Below the pieces are notes generated by a model that searched no databases, was not told the DNA's origin, and saw only the letters and a program-made list of their open reading frames with translations. Below are positions 1-12,880 of a stretch of 64,000 bases of DNA, in pieces. The stretch is taken from the NCBI RefSeq assembly GCF_046119375.1, contig NW_027362769.1, positions 52,762,001-52,826,000 of the forward strand, written 5' to 3'. The translations under genes were made by a program, and so were the position numbers. Source of the stretch: Phyllobates terribilis. Taxonomy: Eukaryota. Within the stretch, counting starts at the first letter, position 1, and each line of letters starts with the position of its first letter.

Positions 1-1123
1 TGGTCGTGACATGTAATTGGTCAATACCTCTCACCCTAAGTTGTGCACTATTACAATCGTGATGTAATTTAAAACGATGGGGTATGGTCTTGAGCATGGA
101 CACATCCGAGTGGCCAGCGGCAGCCTCAATGCCCAATACGTGCTCTCTAATTCTCACCTTAAGTTGTCGGGTGGTGAGCCCTACATATATTAGGCCACAT
201 GGACATGTGGCGAAATATATGATCTATCTAGATGTACAGTTGATTTGTTTACGAATTTCGTATGTTTTAGATCTGGAAGAATCAAAGAAAGTTGTAGCAC
301 GCTCTACATTCGGGCAAGCAACACACCGGCCACATGTTGTGCATCCAGACGCAGGACCAACCCTGTCTAGAAATGTCGATTTCGGGTCATCTCTATAGTA
401 ACTGTGTACTAAATTATCACGTAGGTTTTTTGATCTCCTAATTGTTACACTTTGTGTATCAGGCATAAATTTTTAAATTGTAGAATCGGTTTGGAGAATG
501 GGCCATGCTTTTGCCAGACATGCGTTCATACGAGAGAACTGGGCATGGTAGTCCATGATAAAACTAACTTTATTGTTATTTTTATCCTCCCGTTTTTTAT
601 ATAGGAGATCAGAGCATACCGAATATTTTGCATGGTTATACGCTTTTTTCACTGCTCTTTTACTGTATCCCCTTTCATAAAAACTTGCCTTCAAATCCTC
701 CGCCTGTTTTTCAAATTCCGACTTGTCTGAGCATATTCTCCGCAAGCGGAGAAACTGATCCACAGGTACCGATTGGATCATATATTTAGGGTAGGACAAG
801 GAGGCATGCAGAAATGTATTACTGGCAGTACTTTTTCTGAAAATACTGGTTTGTAAAAAGTTATCATCTCTCCTAATGGCAACACCCAGGAAATGTATTT
901 CTTTCGCATCAAACTGGTAAGTAATATGGATGTTCATGTTGTTCCTATTGAGGAGTTCCATGAACTGATGTAATGACTCTGCAGACCCCTGCCAGATCAG
1001 CAATATGTCGTCAATGTACCGCGCCCAAAAAGGGACGTGGTCCATTAACAACTGCCGATCTGACAGGGCAAGGTCCCTCTCCCACAGCCCCAGGAACAAG
1101 TTGTGGGTTGTTATTCCGTCCAT
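1..1123 (-). pseudogene. Degenerate Penelope-like element RT + GIY-YIG endonuclease fragment (runs off window start)
   Basis: ORF 473-1123 has NLFLGLWE...WARYIDDILLIW (PLE RT). 224-466 has the CxxCxxC linker CTTCGRCVAC. Below 223 the minus strand reads IYFATCPCGLIYVGLTTRQLKVRIREH (GIY-YIG). Broken by stops/frameshifts. Confidence 0.9.
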
Positions 1124-1139
1124 CTAATACATTTGTATC

Positions 1140-1878
1140 CTATACCTTTTGTGGGACTGTTTTGACTGCCATCTTCAAGAATGGATATATCCTTATGGAA
1201 TCTATCAATCAAGATACCATATACTGTACTAAGGACTAAAGTTGGCATTGTGTCTCTTTCCTTCTCTTTTGAATTTATTATTGTTTATTATAAGTGGAAG
1301 GTGATTAGAAATAGGGCCATAAATAAGTATGATAGATATCTTCCCTGTTGAACTACAGTTTGATATATTATTGGTAATTATATCTGAAACTATAGTTGAT
1401 GAATTGATGTAAAGATTATATTTTGTATTTTGAACCCCTGGCCACTCTATGTATTAATTATTACAAACTGTCCGTAGGTCTAATGGGTAATTGATACGAT
1501 GGTCCATAGCCAGATCCCGAAAGTATACAATTGGGTCTATTTACCCTTTTGGTCCCAATTGCTTGCCACATGTGCGGGTATGCATGCGCGTCATGGTCTT
1601 CGTGCACTCCCCGGCTCTCGGCATTGTGCGGTGAGAACCTGTGTGAGTCACAGTCACATGACTGTCACGTAGACCTCACGTGATGCCGACAACGTGGAAC
1701 GCTCGCATTACAGTGACACGGCATGCGTCATTAGGTCCATAAGCAATATGATTGGTGGACACACATTTAAAACCTCCACCGGGATACTAGTGCACCGCCC
1801 CCTGACAAAGGTTCGCCGAACCCACCCAGCAAGTGGCATTACTTCAGTCCTCCCTATCTAAGGTATATACGGTATATA
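1140..1878 (+). mobile_element. Penelope-type terminal-repeat remnant, inverted relative to the adjacent RT; probably continues at 3509-3528 and 12101-12430
   Basis: Order is AT-rich tract, CpG-rich tract, ATTGG (1751), TTTAAAA (1766), decayed hammerhead (1802), the same layout as the intact PLE repeat at 25450-24499. Removing the Tc1 and hAT insertions via their TSDs rejoins 1878 to 3511 and 3528 to 12109. Confidence 0.55.
1795..1820 (+). ncRNA. Decayed hammerhead ribozyme remnant
   Basis: CCCC-CTGACAA-A-GG(TTCG)CC-GAA: core with G8>A (CpG-type change), UUCG-capped stem II, stem III and cleavage site missing. Confidence 0.5.
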
Positions 1879-3508
1879 CAGTACAGACCAAAAGTTTGGA
1901 CACACCTTCTCATTTAAAGCTTTTTCTGTATTTTCATGACTATGAAAATTGTACATTCACACTGAAGGCATCAAAACTATGAATTAACACATGTGGAATT
2001 ATATACTTAACAAAAAAGTGTGAAACAACTGAAAATATGTCTTATATTCTAGGTTCTTCAAAGTAGCCACCTTTTGCTTTGATGACTGCTTTGCACACTC
2101 TTGGCATTTTCTTGATGAGTTTCAAGAGGTAATCACCGGAAATGGTTTTCACTTCACAGGTGTGCCCTGTCAGGTTTAATAAGTGGGGTTTCTTGCCTTA
2201 TAAATGGGGTTGGGACCATCAGTTGTGTTGTGCAGAAGTCTGGTGGATACACAGCTGATAGTCCTACTGAATAGACTGTTAGCTGCATTTTTCTTGCCAT
2301 AATACAAATTCTAAGTAAAGAAAAACAAGTGGCCATCATTACTTTAAGAAATGAAGGTCAGTCAGTCCAAAAAATTGAGAAAACTTTGAAAGTGTCCCCA
2401 AGTGCAGTTGCAAAAACCATCAAGCGCTACAAAGAAACTGGCTCACCTGAGGACCGCCCCAGGAAAGGAAGACCAAGAGTCACCTCTGCTTCTGAGGATA
2501 AGTTTATCCGAGTCACCAGCCTCAGAAATCGGAGGTTAACAGCAGCTCAGATTAGAGACCAGGTCAATGCCACACAGAGTTCTAGCAGCAGACACATCTC
2601 TACAACAACTGTTAAGAGGAGACTTTGTGCAGCAGGCCTTCATGGTAAAATAGCTGCTAGGAAACCACTGCTAAGGACAGGCAACAAGCAGAAGAGACTT
2701 GTTTGGGCTAAAGAACACAAGGAATGGACATTAGACCAGTGGAAATCTGTGCTTTGGACTGATGAGTCCAAATTTGAGATCTTTGGTTCCAACCACCGTG
2801 TCTTTGTGCGACACAGAAAAGGTGAACGGATGGACTCTACATGCTTGGTTCCCACCGTGAAGCATGGAGGAGAAGGTGTGATGGTGTGGGGGTGCTTTGC
2901 TGGTGACACTGTTGGGGATTTATTCAAAATTGAAGGCATACTGAACCAGCATAGCTACCACAGCATCGTGCAGCGGCATGCTATTCCATAAGGTTTGCGT
3001 TTAGTTGGACCATCATTTATTTTTCAACAGGACAATGACCCCAAACACACCTCCAGGCTGTGTAAGGGCTATTTGACCAAGAAGGAGAGTGATGGGGTGC
3101 TACGCCAGATGACCTGGCCTCCACAGTCACCAGACCTGAACCCAATCAAGATGGTTTGGGGTGAGCTGAACCGCAGAGTGAAGGCAAAAAGGCCAACAAG
3201 TGCTAAGCATCTCTGGGAACTCCTTCAAGAATGTTGGAAGGCCATTTCCGGTGACTACCTCTTGAAGCTCATCAAGAGAATGCCAAGAGTGTGCAAAGCA
3301 GTCATCAAAACAAAAGGTGGCTACTTTGAAGAACCTAGAATATAAGACATATTTTCAGTTGTTTAACATTTTTTTGTTAAGTATATAATTCCACATGTGT
3401 TAATTCATAGTTTTGATGCCTTCAGTGGGAATGTACAATTTTCATAGTCATGAAAATACAGAAAAAGCTTTAAATGAGAAGGTGTGTCCAAACTTTTGGT
3501 CTGTACTG
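1879..3508 (+). mobile_element. Tc1-like DNA transposon, full length (1630 bp), defective
   Basis: TA|CAGTACAGACCAAAAGTTTGGACACACC...GTCTGTACTG|TA. TIRs of about 265 bp include the 3' end of the ORF. Confidence 0.95.
2283..3345 (+). pseudogene. Tc1 transposase pseudogene
   Basis: HTH + [26 protein letters not shown] (catalytic E>K). In-frame TAA at 2989-2991. The start-codon segment 2283-2310 is inverted. Confidence 0.92.
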
Positions 3509-6088
3509 TATGTACTATGGGTGTTTATTAGTGTTGAGCGAGCACTAAAATGCTCGGGTGCTTGAAGCTCGGGCCGAGCTCGCCGTGATACTCGGGTGCT
3601 CGACCCGAGCAACGAGCCCAATGTTAGTCTATGGGAGACTCGAGCATTTTTGCAGTGGCACCCCCGGCAGTCTTTTAAAAGCCTAACAAGTGCCCAAAAC
3701 GATAGTGACAGTGCTCAAATGACATGGGGACAGCATGGGGATCGCCCCAGGAAGCATTTCTGATCCCCAGGTCACTGCTGTCAACAACGTGGTCAGAGGT
3801 ATTAAGCCACTTTTACGGGCTCACAATAAAACGTTCAAAAACGAAAGTGAAACTTTTTTCCTGTGAAATATGTTAAGGAACATCCTTTCCAGGGAAAAGA
3901 CTTGTGTAGAAGTTAAAATAAATGACCAAAAACAAAAATACTCCTCCACACCTTCGGCTATGTTCACAAGTAGTATTTTTTATGCGTTTTTGCACTTTTG
4001 TATTGCTTTCAACTATGACAAATGCATTCACCGGGAAATGTCATTTTAACATTTTACAACCTTATCTGGCCATGTGCTGTGTGACACATGCATAAAGTGC
4101 TGAAAAGACATGGGAACAGCATGGGGAAGACCCCTGGAAGCATCTCTGACTCCCAGGTCACTGTCTAAAAGTGTGCCCATCATAAGTGATCCTTGCCGCA
4201 TCAGAAGATGCAGACTTGCAACTATCCCCATGCAAGTTCTAGTCCCAGGGCAGTGTTCAATTGTACCACCCCCATTCCTTGCAATGCAAGCGCAAGTATG
4301 CAGCCTGCCACCCACCCACCCCCAGGCGGCAATACCATACTGCTTGCTTGCTTGAACTTGAAATTGGGCCTTTTAGGCATGTGGAGGCGGAATCTGGCCA
4401 CCACGTCATGGCTGTGTTGGCGGCCTGGAATCCATACCCAGTCCCCAGTTGCCCGGCGGCCGGGTGTCCATACTCGGTCCCCAGCCGCCCCGCGGCCGGG
4501 TGTCCACACACGGTCCCCAGCCGCCTGGGGGCAGCCGGGTGTCCATAAACGGTCCCCAGCCGCCCCTATTTCTCCTTGGAACATCCCCCCACACACTTTT
4601 CTTAGCCCGACCTGCTTTAGGCAGCATTGGACGAGCCCACCAGAGAACCAGACTCCTCCGGTGGGCCCTGACTTCTCCATCGGTGGAGTTGAGAGTGCCA
4701 TGGTGAGGAGCATGATGATGATGATAGAAGTTAGCATCTGCTATGTTTTCTTTTAATGCAAGTGTAAGTGTGCAGCCTGCCACCCACCCACCCCCAGACT
4801 GCAATTCCATACTGCTAGCTTGCACTTGAAATGGGGCCTTTTAGTTTGGAGGATGCCGAAGCTGGCCACTACCTCATGGCTGCTTCGGCAGCGAGGTATC
4901 CATACTCAGTTCCCAGCCGCCCCTATTTGTCCTGGTGTGCCTTATACATAAGATTAAGCGCGTATACCAAAACATTACCTGTGCCCTCCCCAGTGCATTT
5001 AGTGGGAAGGAGAGCCTATTCCGCTGTAGTGTGTGCATGCCAAACCCCTGTTCATGGTATATGCGAATATGCCTCCCACCTTGCACCTGTCGTTGCAGAC
5101 TTGCAACTATCCCCATTCAAGTCCTTGTCCCAGGGCAGTGTTCAATTGTACCTCTCCCATTCCTTGCAATGCAAGCGCAAGTATGCAGCCTGCCACCCAC
5201 CCACCCCCAGGCTGGAATACCATACTGCTTGCTTGCTTGCACTTTAAATTGGGCCTTTTAGGCATGTGGAGGCGGAATCTGGCCACCACGCCATGGCTGT
5301 GTCGGCGGCCTGGTATCCATACTCAGTCCCCAGCCGCCTGGTGGCCGGGTGTCCCCGCTTGCTCCCCAGCCTCCAGGGGGTGGCCAGGTGTCCATACTCG
5401 GTCCCCAGCCACCCCTATTTGTCCCGGTAACCTTTCCCACACTTTTCTTAGCCTGGCCTGCTTTAGGGCAGCATTGGCCGAGCCCACCGGACTATCAGAC
5501 TCCTCCGGTGGGCCCTGGCTTCTCCATCAGGGGAGTTGAGAGTGCCAAGGTGAGGAGCATGATGAGGATGATAGAAGTTAGCATCTGCTTTGTTTTGTTG
5601 TAATGCAAGCGCATGTATGTAGTAGCGGCTAGGCCTGAGGTGGTCAGCGTTTTGGCGCATATCCTACCTCCTCCGAGGATTGCTGGATGTTTTCCTGCTA
5701 CTATCCAAGTTCTATGACTCCCTTTAAAACAAAGCTTCAGGTGATAAATGATGGATGAGGTAGTGGCAAAGGAGAAAGAGCAGGAGGAACAGGGACCATT
5801 CACATCAATATCAGGCCAGTCAACCAGATATGTCTTGTAGGATATGTTTCTGTAACAAAAGGAGCGGTTCGGCTACACAGTTATAGGGCATACAGTGAGT
5901 GCAATGCCTACCAAAAATTTCGAGGCACTCCAATGCCCCTTGGAAATGACATGGAGGTCAGAGGGCGTTAACTAAACCTTTTTTTCCATTTATAGCAACT
6001 GGGTCTCCTGTGCACTGTTGGCCTAAGCATTGAATGGAAGGCTTTCCAAAAATTATGAGGAACTGCAATGCCCCTTACAAGAGCCATG

Positions 6089-7108
6089 TGTGGCACCCCA
6101 GGGGTCTGGTCACCACAGTAATAGAGATATTACGTTGGAGAGCAAGTGGGAGGTTTCCTGGTCAGGATCCCTTAAACATGCAACATCCTCCTGCCCCAGT
6201 CCTGGGAGGGGAGAATTCTGCCCTTATAAACTGGATCTGGGGCGGGGTTGAGTGAGTCAGAGAACAGTCCGAGTCAGAGTGAGAGCAAGGGAAAGTAACA
6301 GCAAGGAGCTCTGTAGGAGCTAGGAGCTAAAGACCAGGGGCTGGAAGCTGAGCAGAGCTCGCCCTGGAAAAAGACAATAGGAACCGGACACAGGAGTCCG
6401 AGGCTGTGAGGACTTATATATCCAGCAGCAGAAACCAGCCGGCAGGGGATTTCAGGTCCTCTGGCCATAGAAGCCCGGAGGCTCAGTCACAAGCAAGGGA
6501 CCAGCACCGCCGTCGTGGAGCGGAGGCTAACAGAAGGCCCCAAGTCACCAGCCATATGGGTGAGCACTACACGGTACACTCAGGGACGTGGGCTACTTCT
6601 ACCCGCTTACAGCAAGGTAGCCAGGAAGAGTGCAAACAGACGGGGAGGTCTACAACTCCACCTGGCCAGGGGAACTCCTGCTTGCTCACAGACTGACCAG
6701 GCCTCTTATGCTAGCCAGTACTCCCAGGAAGGTCTACCTTATAATCATCAGTAAAGACCCTGAACTGCACTGCAAAGACTCTGAGTCGTTCCTGCTGCGC
6801 TCATGCACCATCACCGCCATCATCCACACTCACTGCCCTGAGGCTATACTCCTCCCGTGGGGAGTTATCCCATTCTCTGCTGCGCACACAACACCAGCCT
6901 CAGCGGTCTGCCTCGCAGCGGTGGTACTCCCTGACCGCAATCCACGGGTGGCGCAGTCGGACAATTAACCTCAAAACCTAAGAAAGACTGCCACTGGTTT
7001 GACCAGCCTGAGCCACGGGACCGGGTCACCGCCACGGAGACTACAGACCCCAGAGACCCGGCACCGGGTATCCCACACACGTGTACACACGGCCCAGGGG
7101 GCGCGTCA
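6089..7108 (+). mobile_element. Solo LTR (probably Gypsy-type) inserted in the hAT element
   Basis: TGTGGCAC...GCGCGTCA with 4-bp TSD CATG (6085-6088 / 7109-7112). The empty-site sequence GAGCCATGCAGTACAG is present in the neighbouring repeat at about 7238-7253. 3' part resembles the LTR at 14577. Confidence 0.85.
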
Positions 7109-7506
7109 CATGCAGTACAGCATATTACAAACATAAGTCCCATTATTGGGGAGTGGGTGTCCCATAGTATTTGCTTATGCCTTGCAAGCAAAAGCTGCCA
7201 AAAATTAGGACGGAGCAACTTGCAATGCCCCTTACAAGAGCCATGCAGTACAGCTTATTACAAACATAAGTCCCATTATTGGGGAGTGGGAGTCCCATAG
7301 TATTTGCTTATGCCTTGCAAGCAAAAGCTGCCAAAAATAAGGACGGAGGAACTTGCAATGCAGGCACCCTGGTGGTATAGTGGTGGTGGAGGCTGAGGAT
7401 AAGGAGAAGAAGATAAAACAGCCGAAACGAGGAAGCGTATACCCATGTGTGGGTGTGAAGCGGTGCATGTGAATACACCTCCCGAAATAACACAGTGGAT
7501 TTGACT

Positions 7507-10500
7507 TTATGTTACTCTGCTGTCATTTGGTGGTGATGAGAAGTCTGGCCCAATCCAGCCCTTGTTCATTTTGATAAGGGTCAGCTTGTCAGCATTGTCA
7601 ATTGACAGGCGAGTGCGCTTATCAGTTATAATTCCCCCAGCGGCACTAAAAACACGCTCCGATAACACGCTAGCGGCAGGGCAGGCCAGGACCTCCAAGG
7701 CGTACAGAGCGAGTTCATTCCAAGTGTCCAGCTTGGATACCAAATAATTAAAAGGCACAGAGGAATCACGGAGGACGCTGGTATGGTCGGCAAGGTACTC
7801 CCTCACCATCTTTTGAAAGTTTCCACTCCTTGTGAGAGTACCCTCCGCCTCAGGGCCTGTAAGCTGTGCGGGTGTCAGAAAACTGTCCCAGAACGTTGAC
7901 AGTGTTCCCCTGCCTCTGCTGGATTGGAGTTGCATCTCTCTCGCCTGTACGCCTTGGTTGGGCAACGAACTGTGACCTCTGCCGCTAGCGTGTTCAGATG
8001 GGAATTTTTTTAAGAGTTCTGCAGCAAGGGCCTTCTGGTACTGCCCCATTTTTGTAGACCTCTCCACCTCAGGAATAAGAGAGTGAAAGTTCTCCTTGTA
8101 GCGGGGGTCTACAAGTGTCACCAACCAGTAATGACTGTCACCCAACATTTTGACAACGCGAGGGTCACGGTTAAGGCAGCGTAACATAAAGTCAGCCATG
8201 CGTGCCAGACAGGTAACGGGCAAGATTTCCGTGTCCTCACCAAGATGACGACTGACCATGCTCTCCTCCTCCTCCTCTTCCTCCTCCCCCCTGTCCTCAG
8301 GCCACCCACGCTGAACTGACGGTATGACACTTGTACAGGTACTACCGTCTACAACGCATGATAGCAGATCCTGTTCTTCCTCCTCCTCCTCCTCCTCTCC
8401 CTCATTGTCCCCCAATGCACATTGGCATGAGATGAGGCTGGGCTGTGTGTAATCGCCCGCTATGGCTTCTTGATCCATCTCATCATACTCTGGCTACAAT
8501 GCCTCCTCTTTAATTCTATGCAGAGAGCGTTGCAAAAGACAGACAAGTGGGATGCTGACACTAATGATGGCGTCATCGCCACTCACCATCTTGGTGGCCT
8601 CCTGAAAGTTTGTCAGGATGGTACATATGTCAGACATCCAGGTCCACTCCTGAGGTCTTATGTGTGGAGTCTGACCTGAATATCGACGACCTTGTTGCAG
8701 CTGGTACTCCACAACTGCTCTCTTCTGCTCACAAATCCTTTGCAACATGTGGAGGGTAGAGTTCCAACGTGTGGGGACATCACACACCAGTCGGTGTGCC
8801 GGAAGCTGCAAACTCTGCTGCAACACAGCAAGGGCGGCAGAAGCTGTAGCCGACTTGCGAAAATGAGCTGACAGGCGGCATACTTTCACGAGCAGATCTG
8901 GCAACTCGGGGTACAATTTAAGAAACCGCTGAACCACGAGGTTAAGCACATGAGCCAGGCATAGTACGTGTGTGATCTCACCTCGCCTCAGAGCCGCCAC
9001 CAGGTTACGGCCATTGTCACACACGACCATGCCGGGATGTAGGTTCAGCGGTCTCAGCCACAGATCTGCCTGCTCTTTCACAGCTGTCCACAACTCACAA
9101 GCAGTGTGAGGTTTATCACCTAAGCTTATGAGTTTCAGCACAGCCTGTTGCCGCTTGGCGGAGGCTGTACTGCAATGCTTCCAGCTTGTAACTGATGTGG
9201 TGATATCTGAGATGGAGGCTGAACATGAGGAGGAGGATGCGCAGGAGCTGTACACTGTGGGGGCAACTCTGACTGACATAGGGCCCGCAATCCTCGGTGT
9301 GGGGAGGATGTGTTCCGTCCCAAGGTCTGACTGGGTCCCGGCTTCCACTATGTTTACCAAGTGTGCCGTCAGAGAGCTGTACCGTCCCTGGCCACAAGCA
9401 CTTGTCCACGTGTCCGTTGTCAGGTGGACTCTCCCAGTAACTGCGTTGTTGAGGGCACGACAGATGCTTTGGGACACGTGCTTGTGTAGTGCGGGGATGG
9501 CACACCGGGCAAAATAGTGTCGGCTGGGGACCGAGTACCGAGGGACGGCCACCGCCATAAGATTGCGGAAGGATTCCGTCTCCACCAGCCTAAAAGGCAG
9601 CATTTCCAACGCAAGCAGTCGTGAAATGTGCGAATTTAGGACTGTGGCCTGTGGGGCGTTAGCTGCGAATTTCCGCTTTCGTTCAAAGGTCTGGGATATG
9701 GACAATTGAACGCTGCGGTGGGACGTGGACGTGGACGTTGATGCTGTTTCTTGAGAAACTGCCATAACAAGTGAAGACTGAGAGGAGGGGGCATTTTTAC
9801 ATGCAGTATGGACAGGGGATTGCCTTGCACACACAACAGGGGGTTCTATTGCATGCACAACAGTGGAAAAAGCAGTGGTGACACCCGCTGACACTGGTTG
9901 TGGACCCTGGGTTTCGCCCCACAAAGTCGGGTGCTTTGCTGCCATGTGCCTGATCATGCTGGTGGTGGTCAGGCTGGTAGTTTTGTCACCCCTGCTGATG
10001 CTGGCATGGCAGGTGGAACATACGGCCTTTTTGGGGTTATCAGCAGAGTCTTTAAAAAAATTCCAGACTCTGGAAGACCTACCGCTTGTACTGGCAACGT
10101 CCCTCGTGTTGGTGTTACGGGGAACGGTTGCCTGCCTTCTGTCTGCGGCCACCACACTGCTTCTTCCTGCCTGTTGGGGTACTCTGCCTCCCTCCCCCTG
10201 TGTGCTGCTGGCCTCACTCTGCATGTCCTCCTTCCACGTTGGGTCAGTTACTAGATCATCCACCACCTCCTCCTCTTCCACTTGCGCACCACGATCCTCC
10301 TCCTCACTTCCTGGCAATTGTGTCTCGTCATCGTCCACCTCTTGTGACAGATTGCCAACGTCGACTTCCTGTGGCCGTGGCTGTTCAAATATTTGGGCAT
10401 CGCAACATGGGATCTCCTCTTCCACCACTTCAAGCGTATCAGGCGAGGGGCCCAAATATGGAAATGGACCAGTGAACAGCTCTTCAGAGTGTCCAAGTGT

Positions 10501-10860
10501 GGGATCACTTGCTGTCTGACGACACTCGGCATGGTGGGAGGAAGGAGCATCAGGGTGAGGAGGAGTATGCGGTCGAGACTCACGGCTACTAAGAGTTGAC
10601 CGTGTGGAAGACAGACTGGAGGTGGTGGTGCCCAGGTAACTGGAAGTATTATCTGCTATCCAATTAATAACCTGTTCACACTGATCAGTTCTCAATACTG
10701 GTGTTGTTCTGTGCTTCCCTAGTAATTTGGTCAAGAAGTGGGAGCGAGAAGATGTGGCTGTTGGTTGTGGCACATTTTCACCTTGGCCACGGCCCCGTCC
10801 TCTGCGCGAACCATCACCAGAACGTCCACTTCCACGTCCCTTGCCACGCGCCTTGCCCAT
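7507..10860 (-). pseudogene. hAT transposase (BED finger, DDE, C-terminal dimerisation domain), about 1117 codons with one in-frame TAG at 8494-8496
   Basis: ORFs 8494-10860 and 7507-8478 are in the same frame. Motifs: VWNFF..CSTC..SMIRHMAAKH (BED), LTTDTWTS, VVCDNGRN, CLAHVLNL, TRWNST, SERVFS. Confidence 0.93.
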
Positions 10861-12629
10861 TGTAAATGAAGTAAAATAGCTTATACTTGCACTATCAATG
10901 GAAAAAGGGTAATAAAGAGTAGATTAGAACCGTGGAAGAGGAAAACCACAGTTATTGTTTACTGGGGTATACCACACTTTTTTAAATAGAGATATTTGCG
11001 GCTGAACAGTGAGCGACACACTCAAACTGCTTTTTTTTTAGATATCAAAGGCCCAAAACTGGATAGTACAGCGATTTGACCCGTGGAACTGCGAAACCAC
11101 ACTGGGATGTTGGGCCTACACAAGACTATTTTCAACAGATATATTTTTGTGTCACAACAGTCAGGAGACACTACTGTTTTTCTTTACGGAAAAAACTACC
11201 AAAAGCTGAATAATAGAGATTTTTTACCGTGGGATGGCAAAACCACAGTTATTGTTTACTGGGGTATACCACACTTTTTTAAATAGAGATATTTGCGGCT
11301 GAACAGTGAGCGACACACTCAAACTGTTTTTTTTTTTTTAGATACAAATGGCCCAAAATGGATAATACAGAGGTTTGAACCGTGGAAGTGCAAAACAACA
11401 CTTCTGTTTCTCTAGCCCACACCAGACTATTTTCAACAGTTATATTTGTGTCTGAAAAATCAGAGACACGCTTTTTTTTTGGGGGGGGGGGGGCACACCT
11501 AAAGGTTAATAAGACGGGTATTTGTACAGTGTGAAGGAGGAAAAAAAAGGAGGATTTAGATGAAAAAAAAAGGATTTTTCCTGGCCCCCGACACCTGGTG
11601 GTAATTCCAGCAATTTCAGCAACAGGAGCACACAGGACTGTAATGCAGCGTTTGCTGGTATAACCACTGGGTCTCCTATACAGCCTGCCTGCCTGGTATC
11701 TGGGATGGATATTAGTCCTGAAAAGGACTGTTTGTTTGTTCTGGCAGCCTTTACAGACCCTACACTAACTATTTCGCAGTTTATATCTCTCCCTAAATCA
11801 GCAGCGCTGTCCCTACACTGTCTAATCCGGAGCGACTGTGTCCAAGATGGCGGCGCCCGGTTTTAAATACTCGAGGTGACGCTGTGCGGCCAGCCAATCA
11901 CTGTAATGCCCACAACCAACATGGCTGCAGCATTACAGTGACTGGCTGGCAATCCCTGCATGTTCATTGGCTCTGTAAAGAGCGCCAAACATGCAGGGCG
12001 GAGACCCGAGCTCCCGCCCGAGTAACCCGGAAATGCTCGGTGCTCGCCGAACATCCCGAGTAGCGTGATGCTCGGGCGAGTACCGAGCAGTGTCGAGCAT
12101 GTGTTTATTCTATCACTGGAGGGAATAATATAATAGTTAGGACTCTGGAGGTATCAATACTGAGAGAATGACTCTCCATATAACTATCTTGTATGCCAAC
12201 TATTCTGGGTGATGTGCACGTCCTGTCTGTTTTTACACATGTCTTGTGTCACTTGCTCCTATTGTGTGATAACTGTTTTATAATATATATAAATGTTTAA
12301 TAAAGGTTTTCTATTTTTATAATTCAGTCGAAGGGCTTTATTGTTGCTGTTTTTCTTCGTTTGTTAATGTCCTTCATTAGCTATGTCCTCTACTTACGGT
12401 CCTTAGCATATTCCATTTGGGTGTGACTCATCTTCTTAGGATATCATGCTGTATTGTCTGGGGTATATCCTTAACATTCAGATCGCCTGTATAGCACAGG
12501 ATTGCAGCAGCATCCCTGTGCTATACAGGCTGTCACAGCTGCAGAGGGAGAAGTTACTTGGGTCATGCACTGCGCATGACCAAAGTAATTTCCTGCTGTC
12601 TGATGACCCGGATGTTGTCGTGAGCATTT

Positions 12630-12880
12630 TTTTGGCAGAGCAAGTGCTTCCAAGGGGCATAATAACTAATAGGCGCATCTGCCTGTCAACTGAAAATGCT
12701 GACAGGCTGACTCTCATGAAAATTAACAAGGCCTGGATTGGTCAAGACTTTGCAACCCCACTGGATGAGAGCAGCAGAACAAAAATTCAAATAATATGTT
12801 CCTTTTTAAGGGTGTATTCCCATGCACCCCTTCCCACCCAAACAAGGATATACATTTCTTGTTTTGTAATTTTTAGTGTC
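12630..12880 (+). pseudogene. 3' fragment of a second hAT transposase
   Basis: GIITNRRICLSTENADRLTLMKINKAW matches the C-terminus of 7507-8478 (GIITDKRTRLSIDNADKLTLIKMNKGW), in the opposite orientation. Confidence 0.8.

Larger units (their letters stand above)
3529..12100 (-). mobile_element. hAT-superfamily DNA transposon, near full length, right terminus damaged
   Basis: 8-bp TSD GTGTTTAT at 3521-3528 and 12101-12108. Left end TAGTGTTGAGCGA. CTCGG-rich subterminal repeats at both ends. Internal duplications around 4200-5600, 7110-7370 and 10940-11400. Confidence 0.9.

Noticed and set aside
1879-2146. Tc1 TIR containing the inverted 3' end of the ORF, as a novelty
   Set aside because: Both ends of both full copies show it, and I recall the same long-TIR design in related fish Tc1 families. 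It is a normal family feature.
4046-5803. Cluster of 80-190 aa ORFs in the hAT 3' region
   Set aside because: They come from GC-rich internal duplications, are open on both strands, and have no recognisable domain.
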